Positions 9,852 through 13,678 of a stretch of DNA of 32,000 nt are shown here, piece by piece. Both the position numbers and the translations under genes were made by a program. This DNA comes from Ruminococcus albus 7 = DSM 20455 (GTDB taxonomy: Bacteria; Bacillota; Clostridia; Oscillospirales; Ruminococcaceae), in contig NC_014824.1 in the NCBI RefSeq assembly GCF_000179635.2, forward strand, positions 90,001 through 122,000, read 5' to 3'. The notes under the pieces are model-generated. The model was not told the DNA's origin, made no database searches, and saw only the letters and a program-made list of their open reading frames with translations. Numbering within the stretch: position 1 is the first letter of the stretch; each line of letters begins with the position of its first letter.

Positions 9852-9886
9852 AACACCGTCTGTTTGCAGCAGGCGGTGTTTTTGTT
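9852..9886 (+). terminator. Intrinsic terminator / attenuator 1
   Basis: aacaccgtctg (9852-9862) pairs with caggcggtgtt (9870-9880). Loop tttgcag, followed by tttgtt. Confidence 0.75.
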
Positions 9887-9888
9887 AT

Positions 9889-9983
9889 GCCCATGTGTAT
9901 GAACGTTATCACCATAGTTGATAACTGGCATACATTTATGTTTTAGAAACAGGCTTTTTGGGGTTCGAGTCTCCCCACGGGTA
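9889..9983 (+). other. tRNA-like element (95 nt) with a canonical T-arm and acceptor end but no canonical anticodon arm; possibly a degenerate class-II tRNA
   Basis: T-arm tgggg-TTCGAGT-ctccc. Acceptor gcccatg/cacgggt has one A-C mismatch. Possible D-stem tatg/cata. I could not fold a 5-bp stem with a 7-nt anticodon loop. Confidence 0.3.
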
Positions 9984-9991
9984 TTATTTTT

Positions 9992-10066
9992 GCGGGATTG
10001 GCGGAACAGGCATACGCGACGGTCTCAAATACCGTTTTATTCAGGGTTCGACTCCCTGATTCCGCA
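9992..10066 (+). tRNA. tRNA with anticodon CAA (Leu) but a short (~6 nt) variable region
   Basis: Acceptor GCGGGAT/ATTCCGC plus A73. Leu-type D-arm TGGCGGAACAGGCATACGC. Anticodon stem ACGGT/ACCGT with loop CTCAAAT. T-arm CAGGG-TTCGACT-CCCTG. Total 75 nt. Confidence 0.7.
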
Positions 10067-10073
10067 TTTATAT

Positions 10074-10146
10074 GCTCTCGTAGACCAACGGCAGAGTGAA
10101 CGGACTTAAACCCCGTGTAGTGTGAGTTCGAATCTCACCGGGAGCA
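10074..10146 (+). tRNA. tRNA with anticodon UAA (Leu), class-I length, weak D-stem
   Basis: Acceptor GCTCTCG/CGGGAGC plus A73. Anticodon stem ACGGA/CCCGT with an A31-C39 mismatch, loop CTTAAAC. T-arm GTGAG-TTCGAAT-CTCAC. Only 2-3 bp of D-stem could be drawn. Confidence 0.55.
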
Positions 10147-10181
10147 TCAGGATCAATATACTTAGAAAGGAGATGTTTTCA

Positions 10182-10406
10182 ATGCCGGTGATAGACGTCA
10201 AAGCAACAGGAGCGAATATTAAAGCTATAATGAAAATGAAGGGCTTCAAGATCGCTGATGTTCAGGCAAGGTGCGGTTTCAATACTCCGCAGGCTATTTT
10301 CAAGTGGCTGCGTGGAGACGCTGTGCCAACTATAGATAATATGATAATCATAGCCGATATGTTCGGCGTGACTATCGATCAGATAGTTATAATCAAGAAG
10401 ATCTGA
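10182..10406 (+). CDS. Small XRE-family helix-turn-helix protein (74 aa), embedded between tRNA genes
   Basis: SD aaaggag, then ATG 10182. Sequence MPVIDVKATGANIKAIMKMKGFKIADVQARCGFNTPQAIFKWLRGDAVPTIDNMIIIADMFGVTIDQI. Roughly half of its residues match the protein at 11429-11659 by eye. Confidence 0.8.
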   Translation: MPVIDVKATGANIKAIMKMKGFKIADVQARCGFNTPQAIFKWLRGDAVPTIDNMIIIADMFGVTIDQIVIIKKI

Positions 10407-10430
10407 CTGTTATTGCGGTAACAGTCATAA

Positions 10431-10502
10431 GGCTGCATCGTCTAATGGTCAGGACACAAGGTTTTCAACCTTGAAACGTGGGTTCAACTCCCACTGCGGT
10501 CA
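10431..10502 (+). tRNA. tRNA-Glu (UUC)
   Basis: Acceptor GGCTGCA/TGCGGTC. D-arm GTCTAATGGTCAGGAC. Anticodon stem CAAGG/CCTTG with loop TTTTCAA. T-arm GTGGG-TTCAACT-CCCAC. Confidence 0.8.
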
Positions 10503-10567
10503 TTAATTCATCCGTATATGACATCAGCTATATTATAAGTATTCAAAAAAAATATTTCCATCCTTAA

Positions 10568-10596
10568 TTGACTTTTCGGGGATTTTCTTATATAAT
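10568..10596 (+). promoter_or_regulatory. Promoter of the gene at 10648-11094
   Basis: TTGACT, 17-nt spacer, TATAAT. Confidence 0.55.
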
Positions 10597-10647
10597 TAAA
10601 TAAGAATATTGTATTACTTATTTGAGATAATGAAAGGATGTTTTCTT

Positions 10648-11094
10648 ATGTCCATAGATAAAAGAACCGAAATGATCCTAAAAAAAGAGTCATTGACTAT
10701 ATTCAATCAGTTTTGTTCAAAACTGCCATCGGAGTCTTTAGGTCTGTTAATGATGTATCTGCAAAAGTTCAATGACGATAATCCTGATAACGGAACCATT
10801 GTTTTTACTAAAAAAGAATATGAAAAGAAGCTGGGAAATGAAGAAATATCAATCGATGAAATTCAGGACGGCATTCCAGATTTACTAGGTCCGGTAAGAT
10901 TTAAAGGCGATATTCAAATAATGTTTTCTATGTTCATAAGCATTAATATCAGGAAAATAAGCAATGAATATTCAATATTTATGACCTGCAGTGATATTGC
11001 AAAGGATTATATCTTTACCGATCCAAATGTTGCAAAGTATAATTTTATAGACGAGATAAAGAGAAGAATAGACGAGTTAACAAGTATAATGTAG
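10648..11094 (+). CDS. Hypothetical protein (148 aa); only a vague resemblance to winged-helix replication-initiator N-terminal domains
   Basis: SD aaagga, then ATG 10648 (MSIDKRTEMILKKESLTIFNQF...). No motif I can name with confidence. Confidence 0.55.
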   Translation: MSIDKRTEMILKKESLTIFNQFCSKLPSESLGLLMMYLQKFNDDNPDNGTIVFTKKEYEKKLGNEEISIDEIQDGIPDLLGPVRFKGDIQIMFSMFISINIRKISNEYSIFMTCSDIAKDYIFTDPNVAKYNFIDEIKRRIDELTSIM

Positions 11095-11107
11095 CTTACA
11101 AAGCTAC

Positions 11108-11136
11108 TTGACAATTCTCTTTATGAGTGTTATAAT
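11108..11136 (+). promoter_or_regulatory. Promoter of tRNA module 2
   Basis: TTGACA, 17-nt spacer, TGtTATAAT (consensus, extended -10). Confidence 0.7.
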
Positions 11137-11196
11137 CAGTTACAACAAGAGGGGAGCAACGATCTCCCGAAATTATATTACGAAAGGGTGAAAACA

Positions 11197-11334
11197 ATGA
11201 ATTCTATCATGAACAATACTGTTGTCAGATCATATGATGATTACCAGTGCTTCTTTAGCTTTAGTTTTGATTGGCAAGACGAAGGCTTATTTGTGCTGCA
11301 TACGAACACCGGTAATTGTTCAGTTCAAAGATAG
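11197..11334 (+). CDS. Mini-ORF 2 (45 aa), candidate leader peptide: MNSIMNNTVVRSYDDYQCFFSFSFDWQDEGLFVLHTNTGNCSVQR
   Basis: SD aaagggtg. The ORF lies between a consensus promoter and an intrinsic terminator. Codons 13-28 read YDDYQCFFSFSFDWQD. Confidence 0.6.
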   Translation: MNSIMNNTVVRSYDDYQCFFSFSFDWQDEGLFVLHTNTGNCSVQR

Positions 11335-11366
11335 AGTTTATTGACCATCTTCTGAGAGAATATGAC

Positions 11367-11407
11367 CGCCTGTATGTAGTGCAAACTCATACAGGCGATT
11401 TTTTATT
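11367..11407 (+). terminator. Intrinsic terminator / attenuator 2
   Basis: Perfect 10-bp stem cgcctgtatg / catacaggcg with an 11-nt loop, followed by attttttatt. Confidence 0.8.
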
Positions 11408-11428
11408 CTATCGGAAGGTGGTATTATT

Positions 11429-11659
11429 ATGACTGAAGAGATGCCTGTCATAAATATGACAGCGACAGGTTCCAATATAAAGACTCTTATAAAAGCAAAA
11501 GGTTTTAAAGTGACAGAGCTTCAGAACATTCTGGTGTTCAACACACCTCAGTCCATATTCAAATGGATGAGAGGGGAGTCCATACCCTCTATCGACAATC
11601 TGGTGATTCTGGCACATATACTGAATGTCACCATTGATGAGATAATAATCCTTAACTAA
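11429..11659 (+). CDS. Small XRE-family helix-turn-helix protein (76 aa), paralog of 10182-10406
   Basis: SD aaggtgg. Sequence MTEEMPVINMTATGSNIKTLIKAKGFKVTELQNILVFNTPQSIFKWMRGESIPSIDNLVILAHILNVTIDEI. Confidence 0.8.
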   Translation: MTEEMPVINMTATGSNIKTLIKAKGFKVTELQNILVFNTPQSIFKWMRGESIPSIDNLVILAHILNVTIDEIIILN

Positions 11660-11684
11660 TACGTCCTGTTCATTCAGGACACAC

Positions 11685-11758
11685 GGCTCCGTAGTTTAAC
11701 CGGCTAAAACACCGGCCTGTCACGTCGGAGAGCGCGGGTTCAAGTCCCGCCGGAGTCG
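11685..11758 (+). tRNA. tRNA-Asp (GUC)
   Basis: Acceptor GGCTCCG/CGGAGTC plus G73. Anticodon stem CCGGC/GTCGG with loop CTGTCAC. T-arm GCGGG-TTCAAGT-CCCGC. Confidence 0.85.
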
Positions 11759-11764
11759 TCATAA

Positions 11765-11835
11765 TTCCGTTTCGTCTAGTGGTAGGACATCGGTTTCTGA
11801 CACCGAAAACGGGAGTTCAAATCTCTCAGCGGAAA
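11765..11835 (+). tRNA. tRNA-Gln (CUG)
   Basis: Acceptor TTCCGTT/AGCGGAA (U1-A72). Anticodon stem TCGGT/ACCGA with loop TTCTGAC. T-arm GGGAG-TTCAAAT-CTCTC. Confidence 0.8.
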
Positions 11836-11841
11836 TAATTT

Positions 11842-11912
11842 GACTGTGTAGCCAAGTGGAAAGGCTGTCGGCTGCAACCCGACGAGCGTAGGTTCGATCC
11901 CTATCACAGTCT
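11842..11912 (+). tRNA. tRNA-Cys (GCA)
   Basis: Acceptor GACTGTG/CACAGTC plus U73. Anticodon stem GTCGG/CCGAC with loop CTGCAAC. T-arm GTAGG-TTCGATC-CCTAT. Confidence 0.85.
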
Positions 11913-11922
11913 TTAATCACAT

Positions 11923-11995
11923 GCCTCTGTAGCTCAGTTGGTAGAGCGTATGCCTGAAGAGCATAGCGTCGCAAGTTCGATTCTTGCCGGAGGCA
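11923..11995 (+). tRNA. tRNA-Phe (GAA)
   Basis: Acceptor GCCTCTG/CGGAGGC. D-arm TAGCTCAGTTGGTAGAGC. Anticodon stem TATGC/GCATA with loop CTGAAGA. T-arm GCAAG-TTCGATT-CTTGC. Confidence 0.9.
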
Positions 11996-12017
11996 CTTGT
12001 AAAAGTACAAATGTTTT

Positions 12018-12046
12018 TTGAATATCACAAATGTTATCTGTACTAA
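12018..12046 (+). promoter_or_regulatory. Possible internal promoter between tRNA-Phe and tRNA-Gln(UUG)
   Basis: TTGAAT, 17-nt spacer, TACTAA. A weak hairpin ttgta-aaag-tacaa plus a T-run (11997-12019) precedes it. Confidence 0.3.
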
Positions 12047-12048
12047 AT

Positions 12049-12120
12049 TTCCGTTTCGTCTAACAGGCAGGACAACAGACTTTGACTCTGTCAATGGGAG
12101 TTCGATCCTCTCAACGGAAG
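12049..12120 (+). tRNA. tRNA-Gln (UUG)
   Basis: Acceptor TTCCGTT/AACGGAA plus G73. Anticodon stem ACAGA/TCTGT with loop CTTTGAC. T-arm GGGAG-TTCGATC-CTCTC. Confidence 0.85.
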
Positions 12121-12127
12121 CTAATAA

Positions 12128-12204
12128 GTCTCTATTACAAATTATGTATTGAAATTCTATCGGGTATCATCTTTAGAATTCAAGGAGTAGTTTGTAATAG
12201 AGAT
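12128..12204. repeat. 77-nt bipartite hairpin in the spacer between tRNA-Gln(UUG) and tRNA-Trp
   Basis: Outer arms gtctctattacaaa (12128-12141) / tttgtaatagagat (12191-12204). Inner arms aattcta / tagaatt. Confidence 0.6.
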
Positions 12205-12213
12205 GATAGAAAT

Positions 12214-12285
12214 AGGAGAATAGTTCAATGGCTAGAATGACGGTCTCCAAAACCGTAGATCTCAGTTCGACTCTGAGTTCTCCTG
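12214..12285 (+). tRNA. tRNA-Trp (CCA)
   Basis: Acceptor AGGAGAA/TTCTCCT plus G73. Anticodon stem ACGGT/ACCGT with loop CTCCAAA. T-arm CTCAG-TTCGACT-CTGAG. Confidence 0.85.
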
Positions 12286-12302
12286 TCTATACTACAGGTT
12301 TA

Positions 12303-12331
12303 TTGAAATCTGTACTAAGTTATGTTATAAT
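12303..12331 (+). promoter_or_regulatory. Promoter of tRNA module 3
   Basis: TTGAAA, 17-nt spacer, TGtTATAAT (extended -10). Confidence 0.7.
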
Positions 12332-12363
12332 GTCATTAAAGAAATCAAGAAAGGAAGTTCATT

Positions 12364-12456
12364 ATGAAAAACACAGTATTTGCATTCTCATATTCATATA
12401 GTTATTCAAGCGTTGTTCAGAAGAATAAGGCTCGTTTGGCTATGCGTGAATGTTGA
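12364..12456 (+). CDS. Mini-ORF 3 (30 aa), candidate leader peptide: MKNTVFAFSYSYSYSSVVQKNKARLAMREC
   Basis: SD aaaggaag lies 7 nt upstream of the ATG. The ORF lies between a consensus promoter and an intrinsic terminator. Codons 9-16 read SYSYSYSS (tca tat tca tat agt tat tca agc). Confidence 0.6.
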   Translation: MKNTVFAFSYSYSYSSVVQKNKARLAMREC

Positions 12457-12482
12457 TACTGCTTGATGATAAGCTTCAGCAT

Positions 12483-12520
12483 ATACCGTTTGGCTTTCGG
12501 GTCAGGCGGTATTTTTATTT
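12483..12520 (+). terminator. Intrinsic terminator / attenuator 3
   Basis: ataccgtttggc pairs with gtcaggcggtat (12 bp including G-U pairs). Loop tttcgg, followed by ttttatttgtt. Confidence 0.75.
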
Positions 12521-12527
12521 GTTATTC

Positions 12528-12613
12528 GGGAGAGTCACCCAGCGGCGAGGGCAGCGGTCCGTAAAACCGTGACATTAGAAACATCGAAGGTTCGAGTCCT
12601 TCCTCTCCCACCA
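12528..12613 (+). tRNA. tRNA-Tyr (GUA), class II, CCA encoded, C at position 33
   Basis: Acceptor GGGAGAG/CTCTCCC, then A and CCA. Anticodon stem GCGGT/ACCGT with loop CCGTAAA. Long variable arm. T-arm GAAGG-TTCGAGT-CCTTC. Confidence 0.8.
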
Positions 12614-12617
12614 ATAT

Positions 12618-12703
12618 GAGCAGGTACAGAGAATCGGCAAACTCGGCGGTCTGTAAAACCGTTGCTTTATGCGTAGTGGGGTCGGCACCCACCCTGCCCA
12701 CCA
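12618..12703 (+). tRNA. Second tRNA-Tyr (GUA), divergent (A2-C71 mismatch, non-canonical T-loop), CCA encoded
   Basis: Acceptor GAGCAGG/CCTGCCC, then A and CCA. Anticodon loop CTGTAAA. T-arm GTGGG-GTCGGCA-CCCAC lacks the TTCRA signature. Confidence 0.6.
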
Positions 12704-12706
12704 TAT

Positions 12707-12798
12707 GTTGGCATAACCCTAACTGGTAAGGGATCGTCTTGGAAAGGCGAGAGTAATCGGAGTTTTCCGATGTTTCGGTTCGAATCCGAATGCCGACG
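12707..12798 (+). tRNA. tRNA-Ser (GGA)
   Basis: Acceptor GTTGGCA/TGCCGAC plus G73. Anticodon stem TCGTC/GGCGA with loop TTGGAAA. Long variable arm atcgga-gttt-tccgat. T-arm TTCGG-TTCGAAT-CCGAA. Confidence 0.85.
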
Positions 12799-12804
12799 TT
12801 ATGC

Positions 12805-12890
12805 GCTGTGTTAGTGTAATTGGTAACACACTGCTCCCGAAAAGCAGCGTCCTTTTGGACTTACAGGTTCGAGTCCTGTACACAGCGCCA
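12805..12890 (+). tRNA. tRNA-Ser (CGA), CCA encoded
   Basis: Acceptor GCTGTGT/ACACAGC, then G and CCA. Anticodon stem CTGCT/AGCAG with loop CCCGAAA. Variable arm gtcc-tttt-ggac. T-arm ACAGG-TTCGAGT-CCTGT. Confidence 0.8.
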
Positions 12891-12893
12891 TAT

Positions 12894-12988
12894 GGTCACA
12901 TAAGCCTAATTGGTAAGGCAGCGGTTTGCTAAACCGTGAGTAATCGGGTTATTCTGATGTCCGAGTTCAAATCTCGGTGTGGCCGCCA
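12894..12988 (+). tRNA. tRNA-Ser (GCU), CCA encoded
   Basis: Acceptor GGTCACA/TGTGGCC, then G and CCA. Anticodon stem GCGGT/ACCGT with loop TTGCTAA. Long variable arm. T-arm CCGAG-TTCAAAT-CTCGG. Confidence 0.85.
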
Positions 12989-12991
12989 TCT

Positions 12992-13078
12992 GCCGTGTAT
13001 GCAGGCTGGCTCTGCAAACTGTCTTGAAAACAGTATACCGTAAAAAACGGTACGTGGGTTCGATTCCCTCACGCGGCG
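12992..13078 (+). tRNA. tRNA-Ser (UGA)
   Basis: Acceptor GCCGTGT/ACGCGGC plus G73. Anticodon stem ACTGT/ACAGT with loop CTTGAAA. Variable arm taccg-taaaaaa-cggta. T-arm GTGGG-TTCGATT-CCCTC has one mismatch. Confidence 0.8.
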
Positions 13079-13123
13079 CTATAATAAACTATATTCATTA
13101 GAATGTGATTTTAGCAAAAAGAA

Positions 13124-13560
13124 AGGGGGCTACCACGCAGTAGCCCCACGATCTTTGAGCCGAAGCTCAATTGTCCATTGCCTTATACCGTCTCGCCTTA
13201 CGGTATTGCCCAAATTATAGTATATCACTTCGGGCGATTGTTGTCAAGTGTTTTGCTTTAAGAAAGATAATATTTTCTGTTTTGGGGTATATTACAATCA
13301 AAGGGATACCAATGACCTTTATCCTCTTTCAGCAAGAAGACTCCCACCTCTTAGGTGGGAGATGAATTGCGTTTCTTACTCACTGGACTTTTCACTATGC
13401 TCATAGCATAAAATATTCAGTCGAATAAAATGTAGAGGCTAAAATACAGTTGATTTGGATAATAAAGCATATTCTTGCTTTACAAGAGGAGCGATTTTTT
13501 TAACAGGGCGAGAACACACGCTACTTTAGCTGTGGGATGAAGCCCTGTTTTTTATTTTTT
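13124..13560 (+). other. Hairpin-rich non-coding stretch containing orphan IS200/IS605-type end hairpins
   Basis: Hairpins: gggggctac/gtagcccc (13124-13147), ataccgt/acggtat (~13186-13206), ctcccacc-tctta-ggtgggag (13341-13361) and aacagggc...gccctgtt plus a T-run (13502-13560). The last encloses a degenerate cacgct-actt-tagc-tgtg hairpin. Confidence 0.4.
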
Positions 13561-13678
13561 ATAAATTTTCTTGTATAATAATATTGTAGATAATAATTAA
13601 TAACTGGAGGTCAGACAGATCAAATAATACTACTAATATAACACTATGGAACATAAAGCCATAAAAGGAGTGAACACT

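Noticed and set aside
9918-10109. ORFs overlapping the tRNA genes: 9918-10109 (+), 9710-9931 (-), 11759-12094 (-), 12522-12704 (-) and 11408-11617 (-).
   Set aside because: They run through well-folded tRNA sequences or lie antisense to the HTH gene. They have no ribosome-binding sites.
11137-11196. Possible T-box riboswitch upstream of the tRNA clusters (agggtg at 11185-11190 resembles the start of the T-box motif).
   Set aside because: The rest of the conserved T-box sequence (..GGTGGTACCGCG..) and a specifier-loop architecture are absent. In addition, agggtg serves as the SD of mini-ORF 2.
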